64,000 bases of DNA from Eledone cirrhosa (Eukaryota): the NCBI GenBank assembly GCA_964016885.1, contig OZ024745.1, forward strand, positions 80,724,001-80,788,000, read 5' to 3'. The position numbers and the translations under genes are program-made. Positions within the stretch are counted from its first letter, which is position 1; each line of letters starts with the position of its first letter. Below the pieces are notes generated by a model. The model did not search any database, was not told the origin of the DNA, and was given only the letters and a program-made list of their open reading frames with translations. This document shows, piece by piece, positions 24,157 through 38,700 of the stretch.

Positions 24157-25380
24157 TGCTATAATATTTGTGTATAAAATAATTACATTTAATTTTCTGT
24201 AATCATATTAGATTCATTTATTCGTTAACAATATAATTTACAAAAGTAAATAAACAATAATAAATTAGAATGGGAACATGTTAATTGTTTAAAGAAACTA
24301 ATAGAAAGGATGGCATAAAAAAATTGCATACAGCTTTGGTACGAAGCAACGTAATTTTAATTCATAAGAATGTGTGTAGAAATATGTTTCTATTTTTGTA
24401 AACATTAAATAAACATATTGCTAAACGGGAAAGAATTCAGAACAGTGTGGAGTAAGTAGAGTAGAAAAATAAATCCTGACACTATTATACAAAAAAATAA
24501 TCATAAATTTAGGGTTTGAATTCGGAATTAATTTGGTACAGATTGTAATTGTTAATATCACCGATTTCCCACTCATATTTATCAATTTATTTGCCATCAT
24601 TTTTTAACACCATCCTCCGTTAAAAAGAATACATTAAGGTGCACTCAAAATTCTATAGATATATAGCCATTAAGTTTTATAAACAAATATTTAAATATTT
24701 TTATAAACAAAAATTTAAAATTCTATTTGGACGATTAAGAAAGATGATTTTTTAGAGAAATATTTAACTGTCATAGTGTGAAATGTGAAAATTTAGTAAC
24801 TTTAGGATATTTAACGTAAATAGCAAATTCTAATAATTTTCCTAAATTATCGGCCTTAGATCATGTAGCCATAACACTACTCAAGTAAAGTTTTGACGTA
24901 GAGTTGTGATGTTCAATTATATCTAATAAATTAGATTTTTTTTTTTCTTTTTCATATAATTTAATGTTGCAGCGTTACAAGGAATTTATCATATAAGGAA
25001 ATTGTACTTGAAATTTCTCATCTAGGCAAAAAATTGTGGGGAGGCGAAAGTCGATTATATAAATTCCAGTATTTGACTGGTACTTTGTTTTATCGACCCC
25101 TGAAGGGTGAAAGGCAAAGTTGATCTCAACAGGAATTAAATTCAATATGTAAAAATCATGAATAAATGCCACAAAGCAACGCTCTAACTATTCAGTCAAT
25201 CCACACCATACAAACGGAATTTAGAATAACGCAATTTAAAGATCATTAAAAATATAATATTATCTTCACACCAATTATTGTAAAATTACACGCTTAGAAT
25301 ATTTAATTAAAACCACATAACAGAATGAATGTAATGAACAGAAAAGATTATAGTTTGGGAATATTTCAAGAAACGAGGAA

Positions 25381-25530
25381 AACGTCACTCATTCGCGTTT
25401 TTTTAAATTTTCGGTTGATTTGATTGGTTCATATTAGTCACATGATACTAACGGCCCGCCAAAATACGAAAATTTATGATAGTAGGCGGTATCATTTGTT
25501 GATATTGATATACCCACATATAAAACCTAG
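25381..25530 (+). promoter_or_regulatory. Putative wee1 promoter (inverted CCAAT box, E2F site, TATA-like box)
   Basis: ATTGG at 25423-25427, CCCGCCAAAA (TTTTGGCGGG on the - strand) at 25455-25464 and TATAAAA at 25519-25525, about 500 bp upstream of the ATG. Possible non-coding exon donor gtaag at 25682 and acceptor at 25908. Confidence 0.55.
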
Positions 25531-25978
25531 TTTAATTATTTTAATAATACAATACATGGTTGACTACTCTAATTTACAGTGACTTTTGGGAACTTCTTCA
25601 TATTTATCAGGTTGTTGTATCTGACTTTTCAAACAGAATCTATAACGAAACAAAATATTTTCATTGAAGTTTCGACCGCGTGTAAGCCCTATCTTTACTT
25701 CTCGTTAAACCATGACGATCATTCTATATTACAACTTGTGACTTAAACAGAAACAAGAAAGTATTCTACCTATCTACTCCAATTTATCAGGAATACCTTA
25801 CACCATCATTTGCTTTGTTACTTTTTAATTATTATCAAATTTTAGTATATTTCTTTTAGTTTTCGCCTGTATTTATTATATATATATATATATATATATA
25901 TTGTTTAGCCTACGGTACTTCTCGTTTGGATTTGGTCATATAGAAATATTGAATTTGGAAAACGCCAAATTGTTTCCA

Positions 25979-26790
25979 ATGTCTCTAACCAGCCAAAGAG
26001 AATCTGCCCCTCGGCGCTGTTTTTCAAGGTTAACTGGTGTTTCATTGAGACCCACACAGGACTTTAACAGCAGTGGCAGTGCTGAAGATGTGATGGAAGA
26101 CGAAGATGACGACGATTCCTTCTCAATGAAACTTGATAAACAACACGACGACTCTGATAACTGTTCTTTGCATCGAATGGTTTTTGACCTGTGTAATGAT
26201 TCTGCTATTGTTGCTGACATACACGAAGACGACGATGATGTTTTGGCCACGAAATCACCTTCAAAGCAGACTCCCAATAGAAAGATATACAACTCTAACC
26301 GTAACAGTCCCTTTCGATGGAGACGTGCTGTTACTACTGGTGGTCGTACAACGAGGTCTAAAATTGGATCGAATGGTACAATCCCCTTTCATCCAGAGAT
26401 GGAGATTTCTGCTATCGTTGATTTCAATAGTAGTCAAGAAAATTTAAATACATCTCAACTTGATGTCAGCAACTGTGATACACCATCAACGGGAATGTCT
26501 CCGTTAAGTTGTAAATTGACATCTACATCTCAATCACCCCAGCAAATATTATCGTGTATATCTCCTCCTCATCGTAAATTTCGAGCTCTACGATTATTCG
26601 ATACCCCACACACTCCGCATACTCTGTTATTAAATGTAAGAAAGAAGGATCAATATTCCACTGATCGAACGAAAGGGAAATGTCTACGAAAGAAAAAAAT
26701 CGAAAGACTCGAGGCTAATATTAATCCATTCACTACATCTGTAACTTGTCGAACATCTGGAGAAAAGCGGACTCGATCCCAATGTGAAAA
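25979..26790 (+). CDS. wee1: wee1 coding exon 1 (N-terminal regulatory domain)
   Basis: First ATG (MSLTSQ) after the acceptor ttgtttag at 25908; encodes RxL/TPHTP and NINPFT; donor AA|gtaaat, phase 2. Confidence 0.88.
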
Positions 26791-29700
26791 GTAAATATTG
26801 TTTTTTATAATTATATATTCTTCACTTTTTCTAATTCTTATATTAAATGCATTGAGTTAACTACTAAAATGATAGTCTTGCTAACGGTAATTCGAAGTTT
26901 TTTTTTCATTATTATAAATAAGCCTAGTTTTGATAGAAAATGTATTTATTATTTCCTAACACATTAAAAAAATTGCTTTCCAAGTATTCTTGGGTAATGT
27001 TTTGACATCAGACCTTAATTATAGTGAAGGAAATAAGATGTATAAGTTTTATGTAATAGCTATACATTTCGAAAATATCCATATGAAGTTGTTTGTTAAT
27101 TATTTCGAAATGGTTATGACGTTAGTTCCCTACATTCAATTCGGTTTATGAAATTAACGACACTTTATAGACTCAAGAAGCGAAGAATCATTAACAATTA
27201 AATTGTCATTAATTTAAAAACCTTAAAAAAGAACACACAGCGAGCCAACTTTTCTTGCTTATTTGTTTTGTTTTTGTGTAAAAAACAAACAAAAAAAAAC
27301 CGTTATGTCTACGTTTTTTTTAATTGAGATATTTTTACCAAAATGGATTTTATTAGTTCAGGTATAAAAGGGGTAAATTTATAGATACACCCGTCTTACA
27401 TTCGACGGGAATTTATTTATTTTTCGTGTTTTCAAAGAATCTAACTCCGCAAACTGTCGAAAATTACTAGATTTTAGGTAAAGAGACTGGTGCAGATGTA
27501 TGAATTTACTTTTAAAAGTTATTACATACTTTAAACTGTTTTACAAACAACTCACTGGTTATCTAGGTCTGTATAAAAATTGAAACTATTTGTTTTCAAT
27601 AATGCTGGAATTTCTAAAGCTATCACGTAACATCATAGTTATATTTGTTTTGGGTGGTTTCCTATTGAGGCCTACATTATAAGTTGTATTCTAATAGAAA
27701 TATTTCAGTTTCTTCACGTAGCAAAAAATTCTATGTTGTTATATATTTGATTAAATTATGTTATATATTATTTAATTATTGTTTGTTATATATTTACTAA
27801 ACAAAATATAAAAAAAAACTATATAACATGAATGATTAACTCCAGCTTTAACATATTTCACTACGTTTCAATGAAAAAAAAAATCCCAATACTGATCATC
27901 GATAAAATATATATTTAATAATAATTTAAGGACAAAGCTAATTTGATAAAGTAGTATTGTATATTGTATTGATCCCAGTGTATTATTTCTTTTGTCATAG
28001 CTAAAGTTAGATGGGTTAAAAAATAACATTACTTCAGCAAGGGTGGTGGACAAAATACTTTTACTGAGTTCAAATCAAATCCCGACGAGGTCAACTTTGC
28101 CTTTCATTCTTTCGGGGTCGATAAAATAGAGTATCAGTCAATAACGTAAAGACCCGTTAAGTACTGGGTCCGCTGTAATCAACTTTCCCCCTCTCTTAAA
28201 TTGCTGGCTTTTTGCTTAAATTAGAAATAATTATCACCTGAACAGCAAATAATATCAGTTTTCTAATTGCCAAGTTTACAAGAATAGTGTCATCTTCATT
28301 GAACTTATATTCTGGCTATAGGGTTTATTATACATAGCCATCTTCACCCGATATAGTTTATTTACCTGTAATAAACAACAGCAAATAATTGTTTCTACTT
28401 TTGGCACAAGGCCAGCAATTATCTCAGTGTATTACTGGTACTTTATTTTATCGACCCCGTAAAGATGAAAGGCAAAGATAACCTTGGCGGGATTTGAACT
28501 CAATTGCCAAGTTTACAAGAATAGTGCCATCTTCATTGAACTTATACTCTGGCTGTAGGGTTTATTATACATAGTCATCTTCACCCGATACAGTTTATTT
28601 ACCTGTAATAAACATGGAGATGTGTTTCTTATTTTTACACTACACAGAGTCAAGGTGAGGACAACTTTGCCTGTAATAACATGGACGCGGAGAGTGGGGG
28701 GAGGGGGCTTCCCTTCCGATATTAGTGGTGATGTACAGTTGACTAAAAGAAAATGAATAATTACCAACGGTTTTTGAAAGTCAGATTCGACGAAAAATAA
28801 AAGCGGAAAAAATTATTCATAAAGAAAACTCCGAGGATGCGTAACTCCAATGATGTTCTCATCTTTTCTCCTCGTTTTATCTCTCCTTAAGCTAGTCGTG
28901 GTCAGATTCGTTGAAAACCCGAAAAAAAAAAAAAAAAAATAATGGGGGGAAAAAATAATTGCAAAGAAAACTCCAAGGGTGTTCTCCCGTCGTCCCTCTT
29001 TCGTTTTCTAAAAAAGAAAATCAATCATTCATAGGTCACATTCGTTGAAAACGTAAAAACTAAGGAAAATAAAATTCCCATCGAACGCGAGATGGATGTA
29101 GATCGATAAATTCACCAACCTTTCTTTCTATCTGATTGTGTTTTCACAAACCGGCATGGCTAGATAATTATCTGTATATGGGGAACATTTCTGAAATCGC
29201 TGGACCTTCTGAGACTGTCACATTAGATAATATATATATATATAATGTACACATCATACAGAAAGTACTCTCAGTACAATTTAAATAACACTAATAACAA
29301 ATACTGCACATGTAGTTCTTCGCACACTTATTCCTGAGAGGGTTGTGGCGGCTCAGGGTCTTCAAATACTCCTTCCAGCTGGTCCTGTCAGAAGCGACCG
29401 TATCCAACTGAGCCGGCTGGATCCCCAAGCGAGACCAGTCGAGCTCAGGGATGTTATCAAATCATCTGGCTCAGGGTCTGCCCCTGTGTTTCCTGCAGGT
29501 TGGTTTAGCCCGTAAAATCTGTCCAGCGATTCTTTCATGAGATATCCTAAACACATGCCCATAGTATCGGGGCTGTGATCTCTCAATTCTGAGATATTGC
29601 GAGTCTACCTGGAGAGATTCTCTGATCTCCGAGCTACGCACTCTATCGAGTAACGTTACTCCAAAGACCTTTTTGGAGGAACTCCATTTCAGCCGTTTGT

Positions 29701-32700
29701 ATTCGCGATCGTATTCTTTCGGTCATTACCCAAGTTTCATGACTTTAAGTAAGGGTTGGTATGAATACCGAATTGAAGATAGCCAGTTTGGCTTTTACAC
29801 ATACCACCCTTTTTCCGATAACCGAATGCTGAAGCTGGCGCATTACTGTATCAGCTCCTGCAACTCTTGCACTTAATTCAGCCTCCAGTATTCCATCACT
29901 CGTGAACACGGCTCCGAGATACTTGAACTTCTCCACCTGCCTCAGTGGAACTCTATTCACATATAGAGTTCACTGCGCAGCCTTCCTTGAGATGACGAGT
30001 AGCACTGATTTCATTGCATCCATGCAGCACTCGGCATCAAACCTATCGAGTGCAAGTCAGAGATCACCTTCTGTCGAGTTAAATAAACACCGTTGTCGTC
30101 TGCAAATTTCAGCCGTGATACCACTTCCAATCCGGCTCTGCATGTCAATCCTGTTCATGAAAATAGTGGATGGTTTCGATTGAGCACCATTTATTCGAAC
30201 ACAAATACATCCGTATAGAGACACCAGGCCAGCATCTGACCATCGATCCCATACTCCTGCACACTGAATTGTACTTAGGAATGCTGCGACGGCACTAAAT
30301 AATAATCTATCGAAATGAAAAAAAAAAATGTTTATAGGCGCCCTATTAAGGTAACATTAGATAATATAGTTCTAGATCATTTGAAATGTCCAAGGACAGG
30401 ATGGTTATAGAAATTTATAGTGTGAAATAATTTTTCCATATTATTTCATGTTTTCAACGATTCTAACTTCGAAATCACGCGAAAACGACTCCTTTTCTTG
30501 AACACGGAAAGATTTGGCTGCTATTTCTAGCACGTCGAGCTACCACATGACAGCTTTATTTTAAAAAATTACTCGTTTCTAATTCTGTTAGAAATTTATT
30601 TCCCCATTTCTTTTTTCATGTGCTTTCAACTGATCTGACCTCCAAAAGGAGGTAACCCTAATACTACGACGAAATAACTTTAAAAAAAAAAAAATCTCCC
30701 GAAAGAAAACTCCGAACATCTCTTCTCACTTTTTTTTTTTTCTTTCGAAAAAAAAAAGCCGTTTGCTATGCTCAAAAAAAGGTGGGAGTTCTAACAGTAA
30801 CAGAGATGGGTGTTTTATCAAAAATTTACCCAAAACCAAAGCAAGACGGACGAAATAGTACTATTTAACTTTTTCTTTTCTTTCGCTAGCATAGAATATC
30901 ACCTACTTTAAATGAATTACTGCTGAATTTTAAAAAACTTGTTGCAACTGACAGATCTAAGCTTACTCGCATCTTGTTTATAATTAACGTTAACAATTGT
31001 TATTATAACATGCTCATCCTGTCAAACTTATGCTGTCAGGTTTTCAATAAAATGTTTTAAATATCATAACACACTTTATACAAAAATAATTTTTTAAACG
31101 GTAATTATATTTATGTATCCGTATGTAGATTTTATTAGTGTCAGTTTGAATTTCTGAAGTGTGGAAATTGTCCCCCCCCCTCCCTCCCTTTTTTCCCCCT
31201 TTTCTTTCGTTGTTTAATTTCTTTTTTCTTATTGTCATATACTTTTTGATCACATTTTCTCTTTAATTTAATAATTAACTGTAAGATATTTAATATATAA
31301 CTGTAAGATGTTAATTCTATGACATCAATCAATAACGGTCTTAAATTCAAGCACAAATTGTTGTGTGGAATGAGGTTAGACTGCTAGCTAATGCTAAAAT
31401 AGCGGCCAAGGACAGGCCAATTGGCAGATTGATAGAATGCTTTGTGGTATTGGTTTCGGCTCTCTTATGTTCAAATCCCACCGATGTCGATAAAAAAGAG
31501 AATATTTACAATCAAGAGATAGGATGTGATGAGCAATAACAGTTGAAGGTTTATTAGTTTGTTTAGCCGCTGTAGAAGTCCTTTCCGGTCAGCTTAGTTT
31601 GCTCATGGGATATTTTGGGAGTGGGTGTGCAACAGACGAACTTTTTGACATATTTAGAATGTTTTATTTTCGGTAAGACAAAATGTACAACTTTTTATGA
31701 AGTAAAATAATAAATTATTGCACAATTGTTCATTATCTAATACTTTCGTTCTTTAAATCTTGTAACAAAAGCATTTTAAACTAAAAAAAACAAAACACTT
31801 GAACAGGGTCAACGAAGGTAACTGTTAGAAATAGCAACCAAATCTCTGCCAAGTCTCTCTTTAGCGTCATAAAAAGAAGAATTCATTGGAAAATGTAGTT
31901 CTAGATATATTAGGTACAAAGAGAAAAAAAAAACGACGATTATGCTTGGAAGCTGTTTGATGTTAAGTCCTACCCTAAACGCAAACCATACACACATAGA
32001 CTCTGATCAGAAATTCTCTGGCCTCCTAAGGGCTCATCAAGATATGTCTACATCCTATAGTAACCAGCCAAGAAAGAGACCCTCTGCTATGCCAGTAGAG
32101 TGGAGGATAATCTAATGACATTGTCTGAGGTGGTAGAGAGCAAAATAATGTTAATGAGAGTGAAAAAAACTAGAATTAAATTGGGTGCTTTTCTTTTCCA
32201 GTTTCTCTGTTATTCAACATGATGTAGTGAGTGTCACTGCAGCATCATGGAAGAGAGAATTTGAATGAATTGCAACCTCTCTCTATTTAATGTGTACCTG
32301 TGGGTAGATCTCTAGCACAGTGAATCACCAGTCATCATAATCCTGTCGTTCTGTTTCTTGAGGCCAGTTTCCACCATTTCATCCCATGACTTCCTTAGGT
32401 CTGCCTCATACAGATTTCATCCAGTTTTAGTGCCTTGATTTGCAGCTAGTTCTCATCTTTTTACATTTGAAGTTATTAAATATAATCGTAAATTGTATTT
32501 AGATATTCATCAATGACAACTGTACATCCAGTGCATGTTGTAAAGTGGTTGATGATAGGAAGGGCATCCAGCTGTTGAAAGCTTCCCAAACAAAAGGTTG
32601 GAAGGACCCTTCAGTAATGTCAAAGGCATGACAATCTCTCCTGTGCTGATGCACTTGGTAAGATGTGGGACCGTATATAAGCAAGATATGAGCCCCCCAT

Positions 32701-35700
32701 CCCCGGCCTGTCTTTGAGGCCAGTACACCGCTTCAGGGCAAACTGTGACTTGAAGGCCCATCCAGGCTAACAGGGATGTAAATGATGATGATAACAATTC
32801 TGTTGTTAATACCAACCTAAAGTATTTTATCAATGACGAATCTGTTGTTAAGACCAATTAACTAACACAACTCTACTGTACTTGTTTTATTGACCTTGCA
32901 AAGGTAGAAAACAATGTTAAATATGCCATGATTTGAACTCAGAAATATAAAGCATTCAATGAGAATATTATTGAGTCACTAATATAAGACATTGAACTAC
33001 AATACTATATGTGATTGGTGCTGTCACTAATATGTTTTTCTATTATACCAATTAACTTTTACTCTTTATCATCATTATCTATAAAAGGCAGATTGTTGTT
33101 GTTGTGTGTGCATGTTCCATGTTTATACATTTGCACAATTTCAAACCGATTCGACTTAAAGTCTGTAAGAATGTTGTAAATGGTCTAACTTAGGTCAACG
33201 ACTATTTATTTCATTCAAACTCCCCCACAATTATGGAAATAATCGATAAAACTAAATACAATCTAATACAATCAGTTTACCTCTCTCTACTCCTCTTAAA
33301 ATTCGATAAAACTACATACATGCTGCAACTTTCTCTGATATACAATTAAACTTACAAACTTTAAGAGAGAGAGAGAGGGAACGTTTGTTTTTGAGTGTGG
33401 AACGGTCAAACATTTATTTATTTCAATAACAAAGAGAACTTATTACATTTCATACGAAACAACAATTATTCAACAACAAAAAAAATAGCGATAAATCTTT
33501 TTTAAAACATCTATCAACGAACGTGGAAGAAAGAAGTATCAGTTCATTTACTATACACAATAATATCCTCTATGAGGTCACTAAACCTGCTAGAAACAGC
33601 AGCTAACTCTCGCCCATATCACACTACTCCCGGCTGTCTTAAATTTAGAAAACATATCCTCTATGAGGTCACTAAACCTGCTAGAAACAGCAGCTAACTC
33701 TCCCCCATATCACACCCCTCCCTACTGTCTTAAATTTAGAAAACACATTAGACAACCATGCAGAACAACTCCATCGCAACTCTGTTGTTCGGGTGGCATC
33801 GTCTGCGCGCGTGTTGCGCAAGTACTGTGAAACAATAAATTTTAACACTTCTTTGCACAGAGATAATATCCATAGGCGAAACTACAATTGCCACTGCTGA
33901 CGCAGCTCCTGCTTCGGCAGTCCAGGTCTGCAATTCATTCACCCAGTGCCTGGCAGACAAAAAAGTGCTGCCATAAAATGGGTGGTGCAACCTAACTTTG
34001 GTAACTTACTGACCCCGAGCAACGCCGGGCTTTAATGCTAGTTTAGTAATAAAAAGAAAACATTTTTCTATATTGATTTATATAATTTGAAGCACATATT
34101 ACAACAATTGAGGCCAACTTTGCCTTTCATCCTTTTGAGGTTGATAAAAAAAGTACCAGTCTGATACTGGATTTTTTTTCCTCTATATCTCTTTCTCACT
34201 TTCTATCCTTCTCTGGAAGAAATTTGTTGTGTTCAGACCTGGAGAGGGAAGGACTCTGCCAGGTTTAAAATGCCCAATAAATACCGTTTATTACTAAGGC
34301 GCTCCTACAACTCCATCAGGAGTTATGGAACCATACTATTAGAATAATTATTTCTTAAATAATTTTCTCTAACCTGTAACTCCTAGTGGAGTTGTAGTGC
34401 ATCTTGGATATCTTTTTAAACCTGGTGCATCCCAGGTCTGATTTCTCCCAGAGAAGGATAGAGAGTGAGAAAGAGATACAGAGGAAGAATTCACCCCAGC
34501 AGTAGACTGGTACTTTTTTTTTTTTTTTTTTTTTTTTTACCTTGAAAGGATGATTAAGTTGACCATGGCAAGTTTTGAACCCAGAGTGCAATGAGCTGGA
34601 ATGAATACCTGCAAAGCATTCTATCTGCCATTCTTAATGACTTCGCCAATTCAACACCTTTCTTCGGAGAAGTAGTGGCTCTACCTGGAGTGACTCTGGT
34701 CTCAAATCTACACACTCTATCGAGTAACGTTACTCCAAAGACCCTTCGAAGGAACCCCATTTCAGCCACTTGTTTTCGCGATTGTATTCATTCGATCATT
34801 ACCGATTAGCTTGTGAATTTTTAAATACTAATATTGATTTATCAATTGTTTGTTTAAACTAAATATTTTTCCTGATATTCCACATATAATCAAAATTACT
34901 GTCTATTTAACTACTAATGTTTCGAATAAAATTAGATTATTTTGAATTTTTCTACCATAAACTGTAGTACTAAAAAAGTAAAATTTAACCCTTTTACCCT
35001 TTACTCTATATATGCTATCGTATTTTCACGGTAAAGGCTTTATCTCATGTAATATCAAATATATGCGATTTTGATGTTATTTATTTTGAGAACAATACCT
35101 TAACATCAGCATGAGCAGCCAGTTTAATGCTAAAGGGTTAAAAAAAAGCTTATAATATGAAATTCTTCTGAAAGTAATTTTATCGTTTTAACAAAAAATT
35201 CAAACTTCAAACTTTTTGTAGGCAATGTGACATTTTGAATGTTGTTGAAGAAGTTGACTGTCCTCAACCAAAGGTAAGATCATGTTTACCAAAATAAAAA
35301 TTGGAACAAAATTTCCATGTGTATTTGTCATTAAAAGTATTTGCATGTATTCAGCTTATTTACTATTTTTCTGTTGCTTGTGTTTTCAAGAAATTGGCTT
35401 TACGAGAAATTTGTACATCAAGATATAAAGAAGAATTTTTTGAAGTTTGTAAATTGGGTGATGGAGAATTTGGTAGTGCCTATAAATGTGTTAATAGGCT
35501 TGATGGTTGTGTGTATGCAATTAAAAAATCCAAGATGCCAGTTGCTGGCAGCCAATATGAGTAAGTATTTAAATATATTATTATAAATAATTATTAAGAT
35601 AATAATTTTTGATATCTAGCCATAGGAAAACCTGCCAAACAAAGTGTCGGGAGGACTCTTCAGTTGTGTCAAAGACATCACAACCCCTCTTGTGCTAGTG

Positions 35701-38700
35701 CTATAATAAAATGCACCTGATACACTCATTTACACTAGAGTGTAAATGAGATGTAAACCCCCTCCCCCAGTCTGAGAGGTCAATAGTTCTAAGTTTTCAT
35801 GTGGTCTGTAATGGCTTGTCCAACCTTTGCTACCAGGGAAAACAGATATTAATGATGATAATGATGAGTCTTTACACTAATTAAACTAGACGAAAGCTGA
35901 AAACAGTATCACCTCTCAGAAGCTCACACTGAACACTTCACTAGGTCCTTCTCAAAGCTGCAACTCTCTGGAATTCCTTAGTTATCTGTCTTTCTTGCAG
36001 AATTGGAATGAATTAAGAATATGACCACTCAGTATTAAATATATTGGTGTTAACAGAGTTAAGTGGCTTATCTAAGGTTACAATATTAACTTCTTTAAAG
36101 GTTTTGTTAACAAAGATTATATTCATGCAGCCACGGTTGGCTAAGTTGGTGATGTTGAACCCTCCATCTTAGACTAAGTACTTCATACTTTTCTCAACAT
36201 AGAAATACCAAGTTTTGTTGAGGCCAGATATCAAATGAAGAATATATTAAAAAGAAAAACTATTATCTAGATTGTTTCAGTTCAAGTTGTTGGAGATGGT
36301 CAATAGTTAACGGATCACATGAGAGTGTTAGTTGCTATAAGGATATTGTGATTTTATCTTTTTCATCCATAAAACCAGGGATAATCCCCAGTCTTGCAAA
36401 GTTTTTGTGAGCTTCAGAACCACTTTCATTATATTTACAAAACAGTATCCACTACCTCCCAAGAAATTTTTTTAATTAATGAAGCTGCATTAGCAAAACA
36501 TTCTTAAAATATAAAAAAATGTTTGGTCTCTTCCCAACCTCATTACTGAGGATCAGGGACCATGGTCAATATATATATATATGTGTATGATTATCATGGG
36601 GTGGGGGACATTGGTGAATCCCGAATCCTTAACCGACATTTACTTGGAAACTGGCTACCAAGCCACAGCCCATCCAACTTCATCACAAGAATGAAGCTGT
36701 TGGCCACTTGAAAGGGCGTCACTTAGGTGACCAAGAAGTCCAGTCCAATCTAGCCAGGTTTTGAAATAATTGATCCTTCTTTTAGACAGACTACCAACCA
36801 AGGTTAACAAACTCTGTCTACTCATATTGGATGGCCTTTGACTCTCCTGAGTTACTCCAACCTTTGACCAGTTTTGTTTTTCATCCTGTAGGGTGTCCAA
36901 ATATTACCTTCCTCATCAAGCAAGCTTGGTTGGGTTGCCCACAACCAGACCATGTGACAGGTTGTACTGGTATTACCAGTATGTGATTGAAATAAAGATG
37001 AAGTATTTACTTTAGTCTAATACTGGTAACATTTAAATTAAGAAATTCGTTTATAGACATTTTCTGCTAAATCATTACAGGGTGTTAAGATTTAATACAT
37101 TAATTTCACTTAATTGATGGACATCTAATTTAAATGGACATTAAACATAGATATATCTGTTAATATCTTAATTATTTAATTTTACAGACGTGTTGCTTTG
37201 AATGAAGTTTATGCACATGCAGTGTTGGGACAGCATCGTCATGTGGTCCGCTACTATTCAGCTTGGGCAGAAGACGACCATATGTATATACAAAACGAAT
37301 TTTGCAATGGTAAGTGAGTACTAGTTTTATTTCATAAAAGCAGCAGTTGTGGTACTGCTTTCATTAATGGTGTTGTTAATGTTGTCATTGATGTTATCCT
37401 TAATGGTGTCATTGATTGTGTTGTTAGTAGTTTTGTTTATAATGATCATCATTAAGCATTATTTACTAGAGAGCTCCTACAAAATTGTTTAACCTGATAG
37501 ATTTAGTAACCAGATTATTGTTATTGTCAAATAAGAGCAATTTTGTTATTCTATTTCCAATAAAATACACTGTCAATGCGCTTCAATTAATTTCGGAGAA
37601 ATTTAATAAAATAACCAAATTTTTTATTATTAGGCTAGCAGAAAAACCACCCTTCGGGTGGTTTTCTGCGAGCATGTGTAGTGTGTATATTGATATTATA
37701 CACAAGTATATATACATGTAGATATGATACATCAAATAAAATCGTAATTGACAATATAAACAGAAATTGAACGAAGACGTTGTTATACTGCCTTATGTAA
37801 TCAGTAACGTAATCCATGATACATTAAAAAAAGACGATATTATATATAAACTGCATTAGGAGAAAATTAGTATGTTTATTTAAGTGATCGCCACTGGAAG
37901 TGTTGCCATCACACACTCTCTCTTTCTATATATATATGGTAGTTGAAGTGGTGGTGGTAACGACATACGGGAAGTGCAACTTTGAAAAGAAGTCAATTTT
38001 AAATTATTTATTTTTACGAAATTTAGTAGATAAATTATATAATATTCATTCATTATTTATTCAAAGGGCGGTGGATTGGCAGTATCGGTAAAGAGTCGGA
38101 CGCCATGCTTTCCAACATAGTTACGTCCCTTTGCGGTCTGAGTTCAAATCCCGCCGAGGTTAACTTTGCCTTTCATCCTTACGGGGTCGATAAAATAAAG
38201 TACCAGTAATGTACTGGGTAATTGCTGGCCTTGTGCCAAAAGTAGAAACAATTATTTATTCAAAGTAATCCAACTTATTTTACTAACGGGATAAAAAAAA
38301 AATAAACCGTACGCAGTCCCGCAGACCTTCCTTTATTATAGTTTAGATGATTGGAACATAACTTAATTAACCCTTTAGTGTTCAAACCGCCCGAAATTAT
38401 TTCCCCTTCATTTGTTCAAACCGGCCGATAACACCCACACTAAAATATTGTTCTAAAAATAAACAAACCACATCAAAATCTCGTCAATTCGATAATTACT
38501 GCGAGATTAGGCCCTTACCACGAAAATTAACATTTAATATAGTGAAACATGTGTTTTTTTAACATTGAAAGTAGAACAAATTTTTTGTGTATCAACATGG
38601 CTTGTGAAAGTAGCGATACCGACTTTGAAGGTTTTACACACAATGACATTCAGAATGAACAAGAAACAAAAGATAATATTAGTGATTTATCTTCAAATGA

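Noticed and set aside
25901-25978. TTG-initiated N-terminal extension of Wee1 in the ORF track
   Set aside because: Starts in the TA tract/acceptor; eukaryotic initiation at ATG 25979 gives a typical Wee1 length.
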